A stretch of 64,000 bases of DNA from an uncultured Nitrospira sp. (GTDB lineage Bacteria; Nitrospirota; Nitrospiria; Nitrospirales; Nitrospiraceae). Positions within the stretch are counted from its first letter, which is position 1. Every line of letters begins with the position of its first letter. Below are positions 17,857 through 27,980 of the stretch, in pieces. Location of the stretch: the NCBI GenBank assembly GCA_902500755.1, contig CABVRV010000003.1, forward strand, positions 9,471-73,470, read 5' to 3'. The position numbers were made by a program, and so were the translations under genes. A model generated the notes under the pieces. It searched no databases and had not been told where the DNA came from. It worked only from the letters and a program-made list of their open reading frames with translations.

Positions 17857-19670
17857 AGAAGATCTCTCGTTTCGGCTCGATAGCTGTCCAACATCAGAAC
17901 CAACAACTCTTCTCGACTCAGTTCGCGCCCTGGTGCCCGTGCTCGGATGTCCGCGGCAAGATCCTTGAGTTCGACTCGTTGGTCTGAGGGAAATCGACTC
18001 AGCAGTGGACCGAGTTCGGTCGCTGAGTCGGTCCGCTGCCTGAGCTCAGCCGCAGACCGCTCACCCCGCAAGATCGAACCAATCCTATCCGGCTGCTGCA
18101 TCCCGACGGCGGCCAACAAGTCCTGCATCCGGTGTCGATAAGTATGCTCACGCAAAACGCGCCGGCGAGCCGCCTCGGCATGGGCGCGTCGACCATCTGA
18201 ATCTGTGAGCCATGTCCGAATCAATGACGGCACATCGTCAGGGCTTCGAAAACACACCATTTCATCCGGAGAAAAGAGTTCGGGAAGCAGTGTTCTTTCA
18301 TCGACGAGTTGAAAGGCCCCGCACGCGGCTAATTCAAATGTGCGAGGATTGACGAAATCCGGATGAGCATCCAATCCTGTGCCGGAAGAGGAATGAAGAT
18401 TCAGATTGACCGCTGTGCCATTGAAGACCTTGACACAGGCGTCTGTATCGATCCGGGCTCCGTTTCGTTGAAGGACGCTGGAGAGATCCCCTGCGCCATC
18501 CCATTCGTTCCCCCACAACTTGAACGTCCATTCCTTAGAAAGCCACCGAGGCAAGAGACGACGTCGATTGTCATACCCCGCCCCTACAAACGAGACGTCG
18601 GCTCCATATTCCTGTTGCTCATTGGTCGTCAGCGTCACGGGATGATGAACGGCTGCGTCCGCCGCCATGGGAAGATAGTGAACCTGGGCAGCACCGGCAC
18701 GCTTTAACGCCTCGATGCACTCTGCCTGTTGAATAACGAACCAATGATCGTATCCTCCGGCCAGTTGTCGCCAGTACGTGAGATGTCGGTAGTTTTCCAC
18801 GAACCACATCGCCGTCGTAAATCTCTTCTTGCGCAGATGTTGCAACACCGCAAGTGTCAATGGCGCTTGAGCGATGGCTAGAACCAGATCAGGAGGGTCC
18901 TCAGCGATCTTCGCGATCGTACTGAAACTCAGCACGTCGGCAAAGCGGCTCTGCACCGTCAGCCGATACCGTTCCTCCCGAAATGATCCAAAGACCTCAT
19001 AACTGCCGTGATGCACACTGTGGTCGATCCAGGTGACCCGATGCCCCAGTTCACTCAATGCTCGGACGACATAACGGGCGATCGGGAGTGAGCCTCCATA
19101 GATAGGACCAACCACCGCAACGTGCAGTTGGCCTCCTGCTTTTCCGACCACGATTCGACGCAAGCTTGCCTCAAGCCGTTGGTGTTCCTCGGCATGTAGT
19201 CTCGCCGCCGGCCCATAGGTAAAGAATCGAAGTGGGGCTGATTGTAAAGCCAACTGCTCAGCCATTACGTTTGGTGTGCCCGTAATCCACTGAATCGTGT
19301 TGATCCACGATTCAAGCGGCCTGGCTCCCAAGGCATCCTTCAAGACCGACACATCGGGCACAACGACCGCGAGCCGCGACTCAGACGGCTTGATCAACAC
19401 CAACGCCTCCACGTGATAGAGCAATCCGACTCCGAGCACGACACCCAGTTCTCCTGTCTTCCATTCACCGACTTGTTGCTCGGCCCAGGATCCGGCTTCT
19501 TTACGCGGATCGTATGCGCTGTGAATCCATTGTCCGCCATGTGTGGCTGAAGGAGTCCCTTCACGTGAAGATGTCATCGTGAGAATACCCCCACGACTAT
19601 CTTTTATGGCCGCAACAAGAGCCGGATCGCTATGGCCAAGCCTCTCGAGGTTGTGATTCAAGTACTCCAC
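17853..19670 (-). CDS. CgeB-family (DUF3880-type) glycosyltransferase with Maf-like N-terminus
   Basis: WIHSAYDPRKEA and LGVGLLYH N-terminus; DVSFVGAGY, NPRTFELAACGAFQLVD, EHTYRHRM. Confidence 0.8.
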   Translation of the reverse strand: MEYLNHNLERLGHSDPALVAAIKDSRGGILTMTSSREGTPSATHGGQWIHSAYDPRKEAGSWAEQQVGEWKTGELGVVLGVGLLYHVEALVLIKPSESRLAVVVPDVSVLKDALGARPLESWINTIQWITGTPNVMAEQLALQSAPLRFFTYGPAARLHAEEHQRLEASLRRIVVGKAGGQLHVAVVGPIYGGSLPIARYVVRALSELGHRVTWIDHSVHHGSYEVFGSFREERYRLTVQSRFADVLSFSTIAKIAEDPPDLVLAIAQAPLTLAVLQHLRKKRFTTAMWFVENYRHLTYWRQLAGGYDHWFVIQQAECIEALKRAGAAQVHYLPMAADAAVHHPVTLTTNEQQEYGADVSFVGAGYDNRRRLLPRWLSKEWTFKLWGNEWDGAGDLSSVLQRNGARIDTDACVKVFNGTAVNLNLHSSSGTGLDAHPDFVNPRTFELAACGAFQLVDERTLLPELFSPDEMVCFRSPDDVPSLIRTWLTDSDGRRAHAEAARRRVLREHTYRHRMQDLLAAVGMQQPDRIGSILRGERSAAELRQRTDSATELGPLLSRFPSDQRVELKDLAADIRARAPGRELSREELLVLMLDSYRAETRDLL

Positions 19671-19679
19671 CGAATCCTC

Positions 19680-20867
19680 TCACGACACCGAAGACGGTTG
19701 AAGCTGCCGCCAAACCTGCTCTCGCTGAATCGGTTCGACCGGCTCGCGCCCTGCCTCGACATAGTACGCGCCCCAGTGATCTCGATAGCTTTCCCACAGC
19801 GACCAGTCCGCGACCGTCGTGTCGTAGTGACCACGCAGCAGTGCGATCGTCTCAGTGATAGGCCATCGGCTCGGCTTCACCGCATGCATCCTCTCCATCT
19901 CTCCCCGTTCCGCTTGCCATACCCAGTGATGTGGTCCATACGGTCCCGTGTCATGAACGCGCGCTCGCGCAAAATACCAGCCGATCACTCGCGTCCCCAC
20001 TGCGGCAGCCAGATGAAGCGGGCCGGTATCGGCCCCGATCACAATTTGACACCGCGCAAGAAGGCCGGCCAGTTGGATCAGCGACAGCCTCCCGGTGCTA
20101 TCCCACACACGACCCAGGAAAAAGGGAGGGAGCGATCCCTGAATACACTGGGCCCGTTCCTGTTCGTGCTGATCTCCAACCAACACGATGCGACTAGCCG
20201 GAAGAATCTCCAAGCACTCGGTAATCATCCGCTCCCAGGCTGCAACCGGAACCAATCGCTCTCGATCTCCTGCTCCGACAAGCACACCGACCCACGGCCC
20301 CTCGGATTGCCCAATGGGGTCGAGATCAGTGGGAAGCGCCGTCTCTGGCACCCGGATTGGCATGATTTGCTTAGGTGGCGACATGCCGCACATCCCGCAA
20401 AATGCGTCCGCTAAATGAATACGAGGGCTCTGCTTCGCCGTGGACACACTTCGTATATACAAGGCCCAGGGCGATAATCTCTGATCCAGAGGCCCTCCGG
20501 TGATGGCTCCGAGATTCTCCCGCGCAAGCAACGCGCCGGCCAGGATCGACCGTGGATGTTGGTTCAGCACAAATGCACAGTCATAGCGGTCTTCCATCGT
20601 CGCACGAAGTTCGGCATCTGCCTCTGCGATGTGTTCGGAACGTATCTGCGCTTCGGCACTGATTGCTCGTCGATGCCATGCGGCTCCATCCCATTTCACG
20701 ACAGCCGAAATTCCAGGTAGTAGTTGGCCGATATCGGCCAGTGGCGCAGGACACAAGAGATCGACATCCCAATCGGCGTGAGATTCTTTCAGCGCCGTGA
20801 TCGCCGGGATCGTCTGAACAAGATCGCCTAGTCTGGCTAGTTGAATAACAAGCGCTCGTCGGGTCAT
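19680..20867 (-). CDS. GT9 glycosyltransferase
   Basis: LARLGDLVQ, TGRLSLIQLAGLL, IGADTGPLHLAAAVG. Confidence 0.88.
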   Translation of the reverse strand: MTRRALVIQLARLGDLVQTIPAITALKESHADWDVDLLCPAPLADIGQLLPGISAVVKWDGAAWHRRAISAEAQIRSEHIAEADAELRATMEDRYDCAFVLNQHPRSILAGALLARENLGAITGGPLDQRLSPWALYIRSVSTAKQSPRIHLADAFCGMCGMSPPKQIMPIRVPETALPTDLDPIGQSEGPWVGVLVGAGDRERLVPVAAWERMITECLEILPASRIVLVGDQHEQERAQCIQGSLPPFFLGRVWDSTGRLSLIQLAGLLARCQIVIGADTGPLHLAAAVGTRVIGWYFARARVHDTGPYGPHHWVWQAERGEMERMHAVKPSRWPITETIALLRGHYDTTVADWSLWESYRDHWGAYYVEAGREPVEPIQREQVWRQLQPSSVS

Positions 20868-20871
20868 TTCG

Positions 20872-23800
20872 TTAGGAAGAAGCGGCTTCGAAGGCCAACA
20901 CTGCTTCTCTCCCCGTTATGGCTTGTCCAAGTTGATCCAGTCCGTCATGACCCGGCGCCACTTGCCGGAGGGCGTCATATTCGCGACGGGCTTCCTCGAT
21001 CTGTTCACCCCGCAACAGGACGCTCGCGAACGCAAATCGAGCAGCCAAGTCGCCAGGATTTCTCCTGACATAGCTGCGCAAGTGTTCGCTCAACTCTTGC
21101 CATCGGTTTTGTGCCGTCCCTGCTCGGAGCAACCAATGAATCGCCTCCGCGTCATCGGGGTGTTCGGCCAGCACCTGAAGAAATCGCTCCCACGCTCCTT
21201 GCGTGTAGGCCCTTCCCATCGCCGCCATGCCCATTCCCATCAAGCACTTCCTGCAATCGGCGCCTGCTTGCATCGCCCTGTTGAACGCACTTTCAGCTTG
21301 CTCATACTGTTCTCGCTGCATGTCGAGGATACCTCTTACTAGCAGGCCTTCGGCATCACCGGGGCGATCGGTCAGCAACTGCTGTAGTTGCTGGTCAGCC
21401 GCCCCAAGGTCTCCTTGTTCCAGAAATCCACGGATGACTCGAAGGCGAATCCCCGGGTCATCCTTCAATTCAAGATAGCGTGCAAGAAACTTCACGTGTA
21501 AGACCGGCTCCTGTAGCCATTGGGCTACTGTCGCCCCCCAGAACAGCACAAATCGGTCGTTGGGCCAGTCGTCAACCATTTGGATCTCTCGTCTGACCGC
21601 CGACTCATTTCGCTTCAGCGCCTCCGCTTGGGTCGCCGCCACATGCGCCCATGCAGCACGATCCTTGATATCCTCCAACAATCGAACGTTCCCCACGCAT
21701 CGGTCCTCTGCTTCGGTAATGACGTGCTTGTACCCATCGGTGTGGTAACGCAGATCTTCGTCGACCAACCACCAGTGAGATTTCCATCGTTCGTGCAGCC
21801 GGATGGCGTTGGTCTCATCATGCTGCTTGCGGCCAGGGGTTTGGCTTTCGAGATGATAGAGAACGCTCCGAGGCTGATACACGACTCGAGAACCTCGCTC
21901 ACTGGCTTTGAGGCAGAGATCGACATCCTCGAAGCCGTTGCGGAACCCTTCGTCGAAGCCGCCCAGCTCCATGAAAAGCGATTGGCGTATCAGCAAACAT
22001 GCCCCGGTGACAACTTGATATTCGCGTCGGTGATTCACGGCGGGCGAATCACCTGAGAAACCCTTATAGATGTGATAGGGAAGTCCATCCGACCGATTGA
22101 GGACTACACCGGCATGTTGGACGGTCCCATCTGGATACAATAGCTTGCTGCCGACGATACCGACCTCCGGGTATCCCTCAACTTCGCCTACAAGGGCCTT
22201 TAACCAGCCTTTCAATGGGATGGTGTCGTTGTTGAGAAAGACCAGATATTTCCCTCGTGCGGCCCTAGCACCCTGGTTGCAGGCCTTGGCAAATCCTAGA
22301 TTGTCCTGATTCCGAATGATCTGAACATCCCCTGACAACGAGGACAGGTATTCCGTCGTGCCATCTGTCGAATGATTGTCCACCACGATGACTTCGTAGG
22401 ACGACTCCGTGGTCACCGCCGCCAGTGCCGTCAGGCATTGCACCGTGAGCTCCAGTTTGTTCCATACAGGGATGATAATGCTGCACGTAATCCCCTCTCG
22501 ATCGCACGGCCTGGAGGCAAAACGTTGCAGCGAAGCCTCGTACTCCGTAACCAGCCGGTGGTGCCGCTTCTCCAGCGAGAACCCCAATTGTCGGAGAACG
22601 TCGTTTACGAACGCAGCCCAGCCCGCGGTCGTCGTCGACGGGAACGCCTGATACTGCAAATGGTAGAGCCCTCGAAACAAGACCCAGCAGAGCGGCACCT
22701 CACTGGCATGCACCCATTCCTGATCGAACGTATGAAGTCGGCCGCGGTCATCCTGAACCAGGTTGAATGGGATGCAATCGGCAAAGTTCCCCGGCAGCGA
22801 AGCATCCATCCATGAAAGACTGCTCGCCCTCGCCGAGCCGTCTCGCACAGGCCACGTTGCGTGTTCGAGCAACAGCCACACCCACGGCCGCAGCCATGCC
22901 GCAATATCTTGCACCGAAGCTCGCCGGGCGATCAGGCGCATCAGCTCGGTCGAGAATAGCGTCCCGCCATGGTAGGGGCCGACCGTCTGAATCTCCTGAC
23001 GCCAGGTTGCATCTGTGAGCTGGGGCTGCCCGTCCAACAGACGACGGCGATGTACCGTGATGCTGCCGTCGACCTCCGGCATGAAGGTGGTTTCCACGCG
23101 CAAGCTCGGTCGCCGGGTCGCCGACGAATAGTGGGTGGCAAGCCACGAGGTTCCACGAGCAGCCCCGCGAGTGGCCACAACCAGGAACGAGTTGGCCAGG
23201 TCCAGGAGCAGGCCGTTGCGCTCTAGTGCCTGGGCCGCGAGGTTCTCCGGAAAGCTCGGACGCCAGTCCCGTGTATAGTCGCGGCTCAAGATTCGAGTAA
23301 GCAGATCGGCAACGCGGAAGGCCGGAAACGATCGTGCGAGGTCGCTGACAATCACCTGCGGCAGCTTGTAGTCAGGAAAGGGATAGAAAAACTCTGTCTT
23401 CTCGAAACCGGCCTCCGCCAGACGCCGGCGGATCTCGTTTCGACCGAAGGTCACCGCCGTCCCAGGTCCGTACAGATCCCCTATGCCATAGAATGGCTGT
23501 CCGAGATGGTCCTCAGAACTGCCTGCAAAGTATTTTAGGCCGAGCTGGTTCTCGATGGCGACGAGTAGCGTCCCACCTTCCTTGAGAAACGACCGGGCCT
23601 TGCTGAGGCACGTCCTGATGGGATCGGCCCCCGGCATGAACAGAGGGGCATACTCCAGTACCCCGATGAGCGTGACGACGTCGTACTGCTCCTCCAAACA
23701 AAGCGTCGCGATATTATCCGCAACTACACGGACGTTGGACAGGTCACGGCAACGCTCCGCCGCGATGGCAGCACGCCGGACACTGCCTTCCACCGCCGTG

Positions 23801-25140
23801 ATCTCTGCCCCCGATTCGCCCAGCACCCTCGTGACGGCCCCGCAACCGCACCCCAATTCCAAGACCCGACTTTCTGAAGGAAAGTTCAGCCAACGGAGTA
23901 GATTTCCGCGCCTCGACGATAGGTGGTACTCAGTCGGCCAGTCGACAATCTGCCGTTCCAACTCTGTTGATTCGGATGTCAGGTCGCCGGTATTTCTGAC
24001 TATGGTCAGGATGCGTTCTTCCGTGTCTTTTCCATCGGAATACGTGATACCGCTGTAATCGTCCCGACGCCAGATACGGAGCGCAGGATCGAACCGGTAA
24101 TCCAATGGTTTGGCAGGAGCGGCGAGGTCCGCTGCCACAGGGATGATCGCCGGCACCTGGCCTGCCCAGCCAGCCTCAATAACGTCCATAATGCGAGAGA
24201 CGCTCTCCCCAAGGCAGGCAAACTGTTCGTCGCGGAGCCGGACCGTGTCGATGCGCGTCTGATCGAGGTTGGCGAGGACATCTGCCACCGTGCGTCGTAG
24301 TTCCGCGCGAGTCGTCTTGACGGGGAAATCAAAGGGAATCATCGCAGGACGCGGTGGGTTGCGGTCCGGAATCAGCCAGTCCGTCACGGCCACCACCGGA
24401 ATGCCCAACAGCAGGGCCTCCACCATGACGCTGGACTCTTCGGTGACGAGCAGGTCAGCGAGCCCAAGGCACGGCATGATGCCAAGATTTGGATCAAGGA
24501 TGTAGACATTCTCCGCGCAGCCTCGGTGCAGCTCGTTCATCCGCCTGATGTTTTCTAATACTTGCGGATACGTCTCCGGCCAGGGCGCCTGCTTGAGCAG
24601 CAAATTGACCGGCAGGTCCCGCAGGGATTGGACCAGGTCGTCCTGTTTGCCGTCGTTTTCCCAGGAAGGAGCGTAAAGGACGGAACGGCGTTGTCCGAGA
24701 TGCAGTTCGGCCCTTAGTGTTGCCACATTGCGTTGAAAGGCCTCCGGATCTCGGAAGATGGCATCCGCTTTCGGCCACCCCAGTTCATACACCCCCAAAC
24801 GTGGATGCGCCTCCGGCTGACAGGCGCAAGCCTGCCAGCGCTTGCGCCAGGCCGGTCCGGGTAGTACCCCAACGTCGAACCGGTTCCATGGCTCATATCG
24901 CCAGAAGTCGGGCCACATGTCATGTCGCTGGGCCAGGTCATGCAGTAGGATGGCTGACATCTTCGCGTTGGAAGGATCTGGACGGTGAGAACAGTAGATG
25001 CCGATCTCAGCCGGTTCATCCATGCGGTCCGTGAATCGTACCCGATATTGGCGCCGCTCAGCCTCCTGGGCGACAGGCGCCAGAGTTTGTCGCTCAATCT
25101 CGTCCGTGTAGAAGAATGAAATCAGTGTCCGGCGGTTCAT
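20872..25140 (-). CDS. Multidomain glycan-synthesis protein: TagF/CDP-glycerol-transferase-like + class I SAM methyltransferase + GT2 + TPR
   Basis: VLYAPSW..LLVTEESSVMVEALLLG; VLELGCGCG..IGVLEYA; CSIIIPVWN..VVDNHSTDGT..FLNNDT; C-terminal TPR helices. Confidence 0.85.
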   Translation of the reverse strand: MNRRTLISFFYTDEIERQTLAPVAQEAERRQYRVRFTDRMDEPAEIGIYCSHRPDPSNAKMSAILLHDLAQRHDMWPDFWRYEPWNRFDVGVLPGPAWRKRWQACACQPEAHPRLGVYELGWPKADAIFRDPEAFQRNVATLRAELHLGQRRSVLYAPSWENDGKQDDLVQSLRDLPVNLLLKQAPWPETYPQVLENIRRMNELHRGCAENVYILDPNLGIMPCLGLADLLVTEESSVMVEALLLGIPVVAVTDWLIPDRNPPRPAMIPFDFPVKTTRAELRRTVADVLANLDQTRIDTVRLRDEQFACLGESVSRIMDVIEAGWAGQVPAIIPVAADLAAPAKPLDYRFDPALRIWRRDDYSGITYSDGKDTEERILTIVRNTGDLTSESTELERQIVDWPTEYHLSSRRGNLLRWLNFPSESRVLELGCGCGAVTRVLGESGAEITAVEGSVRRAAIAAERCRDLSNVRVVADNIATLCLEEQYDVVTLIGVLEYAPLFMPGADPIRTCLSKARSFLKEGGTLLVAIENQLGLKYFAGSSEDHLGQPFYGIGDLYGPGTAVTFGRNEIRRRLAEAGFEKTEFFYPFPDYKLPQVIVSDLARSFPAFRVADLLTRILSRDYTRDWRPSFPENLAAQALERNGLLLDLANSFLVVATRGAARGTSWLATHYSSATRRPSLRVETTFMPEVDGSITVHRRRLLDGQPQLTDATWRQEIQTVGPYHGGTLFSTELMRLIARRASVQDIAAWLRPWVWLLLEHATWPVRDGSARASSLSWMDASLPGNFADCIPFNLVQDDRGRLHTFDQEWVHASEVPLCWVLFRGLYHLQYQAFPSTTTAGWAAFVNDVLRQLGFSLEKRHHRLVTEYEASLQRFASRPCDREGITCSIIIPVWNKLELTVQCLTALAAVTTESSYEVIVVDNHSTDGTTEYLSSLSGDVQIIRNQDNLGFAKACNQGARAARGKYLVFLNNDTIPLKGWLKALVGEVEGYPEVGIVGSKLLYPDGTVQHAGVVLNRSDGLPYHIYKGFSGDSPAVNHRREYQVVTGACLLIRQSLFMELGGFDEGFRNGFEDVDLCLKASERGSRVVYQPRSVLYHLESQTPGRKQHDETNAIRLHERWKSHWWLVDEDLRYHTDGYKHVITEAEDRCVGNVRLLEDIKDRAAWAHVAATQAEALKRNESAVRREIQMVDDWPNDRFVLFWGATVAQWLQEPVLHVKFLARYLELKDDPGIRLRVIRGFLEQGDLGAADQQLQQLLTDRPGDAEGLLVRGILDMQREQYEQAESAFNRAMQAGADCRKCLMGMGMAAMGRAYTQGAWERFLQVLAEHPDDAEAIHWLLRAGTAQNRWQELSEHLRSYVRRNPGDLAARFAFASVLLRGEQIEEARREYDALRQVAPGHDGLDQLGQAITGREAVLAFEAASS

Positions 25141-25432
25141 AGACGTCCTCGTTGTAATGTGAAGTGGCGATCAGTCCTCTGCTCGGCCTGCCTGGGCGAC
25201 GCCCTATCTCGACTTCGAACGGAACCACCCCGTCTGCGAAGCAGTGGGACGGAGATCAGCGAACAAGTTTCCTTTCGGGATCCAGTGCGTCGAGGCATCA
25301 TTCTAGACAACGCGCATTGTCCACTCATTAAGCTATGACTGGACGACTCAACGCAGCGCGTTGGCGCAGTCAGTTGCGCCGACGATCAGCGGACCGCCGG
25401 ATCTACACGGACCGTATCGTGGGTCAGACTGG

Positions 25433-25448
25433 TACAAATAGCGTGCCA
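25433..25448 (-). promoter_or_regulatory. Candidate sigma54 promoter for the glycosylation genes
   Basis: Minus strand TGGCAC-GCTAT-TTGTA. Confidence 0.55.
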
Positions 25449-25799
25449 TTCCGGGCTCCGTACACGATGCACAAAACATGAGTGATTCAGCAAGGAACGA
25501 GGGATTGTGCATCGGCCAAATCCTTCCCCACGGCAATGATTACCCAGCGATGGAGGACTGTGCGCGGCAGAAATCCACCGGCTTTAGCGATACAACACGC
25601 ATGGGCATCCCTGCCTTTGACCATCAAGGTTGAGATCCAGGGCAACTCCTGATTCGTTTTGATGCCGATAGAGAAGCCTGCCTGCCCTTAGGATCTTAAG
25701 CATGCTCACGGTTACCACGCTCAAGCCATTCAGTCACATATGGAGCACGTTGCCTGACGGATTGCGGCATCGGAAAATCAGAAAGCACCTCAGTAGGGC

Positions 25800-26807
25800 T
25801 CAGGATCCCTGCGGTTTTGCCACTAACCGGTCCTCCGGTTCTCTCCTGAAAGATCGAGACACGACTTCCAGATTGCTCACGGCTTCGGCCGGATATCCTT
25901 TGGACACTGCCGCCTTGAAGCAGGTAATTGCCAGATCCATATTGGAACGATCAAACGCTATGACACCGAGGTTATTGTAAACCTCCCATGACTCGGTGCC
26001 CGCACCCGCAAGTTCGAGTAACAAATCCAACGCTCTACTAAAATCCCCGCTGGCATACCAGCGCTCCGCCTCCTTGCACAAAAACTTGTCCAACCGCTCC
26101 CTCGTGCACATTGGAGACGGGCCGTCACCCGGCGTGATGCCGGGGAGGGTCTGGCTCGTCTTGTAAAAGAACGGGTCCTTTCCTCGAACATCAGGTTCAT
26201 GCCATTCCACCACATACCGTCCGGCAGATTCTGAAGGATAGCGATCGAGGAGGGTCGTTGGACTAGGCCTGTAAAATTTTGCTGTGTGAAGCTCCTTGCA
26301 GGTGCCAGGGTAGGCCGTCATATGTGGTGCTTCATAGATGGCGTTGTGTAGGTGGATGGAGAAGGTATCTGTGCGCCCATCAATTCCTTCAATGGTACGC
26401 CAGAAGGAATCTGCATCAGAGAAATAGATCAATGCCGCATAGGAATACACATGATCGACCGCCTCTGGGATGGCCCAATCCGAGCCGTCCACCAGTCGGT
26501 AGTCAACATGAGACAGGTGGCCGAACCGCCGCTGGCACTCCATGAGAGCCTCGACGGACACATCCACCAAGGTCAGGTGTCGGCAGAACGGAGCGATGAG
26601 GCGGGCAAGCCGGCCGGTACCGCAACCGTAATCGACGATCCGCATGTCCCGCAGATGCTCGATCTCAACGTACCGCAACAGAGTCGCAAGCGTGGCATAC
26701 GTATGGCACCCCTTCATTCGCTTCGGGTCATTGGTGAGCAGCGTCTCCGTGCTGGCGGTCTCTTGAAGGTACTTTTCCCAGAAGGCCTTGTAAACAGACC
26801 AATCCAT
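25800..26807 (-). CDS. Class I SAM methyltransferase with C-terminal TPR
   Basis: IVDYGCGTGR motif I; TPR WEVYNNLGVIAF..AITCFKAAV; start at ATG 26807 behind AGGAGG. Confidence 0.85.
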   Translation of the reverse strand: MDWSVYKAFWEKYLQETASTETLLTNDPKRMKGCHTYATLATLLRYVEIEHLRDMRIVDYGCGTGRLARLIAPFCRHLTLVDVSVEALMECQRRFGHLSHVDYRLVDGSDWAIPEAVDHVYSYAALIYFSDADSFWRTIEGIDGRTDTFSIHLHNAIYEAPHMTAYPGTCKELHTAKFYRPSPTTLLDRYPSESAGRYVVEWHEPDVRGKDPFFYKTSQTLPGITPGDGPSPMCTRERLDKFLCKEAERWYASGDFSRALDLLLELAGAGTESWEVYNNLGVIAFDRSNMDLAITCFKAAVSKGYPAEAVSNLEVVSRSFRREPEDRLVAKPQGS

Positions 26808-26862
26808 GGTGATTCCTCCTAAGATGATAGAGAGCCGAGCAAACCCGCACAGCCAAATGCAC

Positions 26863-26878
26863 TCCAAGTCTCGTGCCA
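26863..26878 (-). promoter_or_regulatory. Possible sigma54 promoter for the methyltransferase
   Basis: Minus strand TGGCAC-GAGAC-TTGGA (non-consensus -12). Confidence 0.35.
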
Positions 26879-27010
26879 GTAGCTATTGGGGTTAGGCAGA
26901 AGATATCCGCTTGTTCAAATGACGGAAAGTTCACCACTTCCCTCTACCTCGGCAAGATTTGCCAGGCCCTGTGGAAGAATCGGCCGGTATCGGGGCGAAG
27001 ACGAGCCCGA

Positions 27011-27736
27011 CTACGGATCGAGGAATGAAGCACTGACTTTCTGGAACACACATTGTTCGATGGCGTTGCGGACCGATCCGCCCCACCCCCGATATTCGAT
27101 GTACTCCAGCTCATTGAAGCGAAACTCAATACCGATCATCTCGCTCCCATGCCGCGCGTCTGCATTCTTCACGACGCCGGTGAGATTGGTAATGTGTCCC
27201 AAGCCAGGCAGTTCGAACTCCAAACGGACTGTGCTTCCGGGACGCAGCCAGATAGGTCGTTGGACCAACGCCACGCTGCACCCCCCTTCACTGAGATCTT
27301 TCAGCAAGCCGCCAAAGTAGTCGCTGGTGGGCAGACTCGATTGGGATGAATGATCTGGGTCGGTTCGCATCAACAGAATCGGCTCGTTCGATGACACACG
27401 CACATGCTTGCGCAGATGCATCTCTTCGACAGTTTTGGGGTAGGCGATAAAAAGAAGCGGCACCGGTGAGCTAAGCAGATCACGTATCTCACTGCGATAG
27501 CCGACGAGTTTGCCCTCATGAAGGTAGCTGACGGTACATGGCGTGCCGCCAACAACTTGTTGATCGTGACCGAGCTGAAGCGGCCATTCACAGATCAGCC
27601 AGGCGTGATCTTTCCATCCGAGTAGCGTCGAGCCGTACATGACCTTCTGCTGATCAAGAGAAAGGGATATTTTCAACGGCAGTCCGACCGACAAGAACGA
27701 CGCCGCGGGAGGAACAGACACGACCATGTCATTCAT
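27011..27736 (-). CDS. YcgR-like flagellar brake (PilZN + PilZ)
   Basis: N-terminal PilZN-like beta domain; RKHVR and DLSEGG; start inferred from the AGGAG SD. Confidence 0.85.
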   Translation of the reverse strand: MNDMVVSVPPAASFLSVGLPLKISLSLDQQKVMYGSTLLGWKDHAWLICEWPLQLGHDQQVVGGTPCTVSYLHEGKLVGYRSEIRDLLSSPVPLLFIAYPKTVEEMHLRKHVRVSSNEPILLMRTDPDHSSQSSLPTSDYFGGLLKDLSEGGCSVALVQRPIWLRPGSTVRLEFELPGLGHITNLTGVVKNADARHGSEMIGIEFRFNELEYIEYRGWGGSVRNAIEQCVFQKVSASFLDP

Positions 27737-27785
27737 ACCCATCACTCCTGAATCACCAGCTGATTTCAACCGCTGCTGATGAACC

Positions 27786-27813
27786 CTATCGGATATTCAT
27801 GGGCTAATCTTGA
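27786..27813 (-). promoter_or_regulatory. sigma28 promoter for the brake gene
   Basis: Minus strand TCAA-N16-TCCGATAG. Confidence 0.6.
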
Positions 27814-27883
27814 GGGTGAGCGAACAGGATCGAGCACATCGTCGCCGAACCGATCCCAACGCGGTAGGATCCGCGGGTAATCA

Positions 27884-27911
27884 TCAAGTTCCACGCCTAC
27901 TTCGCCGATAA
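27884..27911 (+). promoter_or_regulatory. sigma28 promoter for the HD-GYP / hybrid kinase operon
   Basis: TCAAGTTC-N12-GCCGATAA. Confidence 0.8.
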
Positions 27912-27980
27912 CATCCTCAGCTCCTATTCTTCTGTCGGCACATCCGACCGGCGACCCTTTTGACTTGGAGTCTATGACCT

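Noticed and set aside
19632-20414. 260-aa + strand ORF (and many similar 60-200 aa opposite-strand ORFs in the track)
   Set aside because: Antisense to well-supported genes, R/P-rich composition typical of shadow frames in GC-rich DNA
25221-25260. ctgc-gaa-gcag-tgggacg resembling part of a c-di-GMP-I riboswitch
   Set aside because: Wrong strand for the downstream genes, and lacks the GNRA loop and the GCAAA..CC-type flanks
25664-25671. GCCGATAG on the + strand, as an antisense sigma28 promoter
   Set aside because: The nearest TCAAG is about 35 nt upstream, so the spacing is wrong
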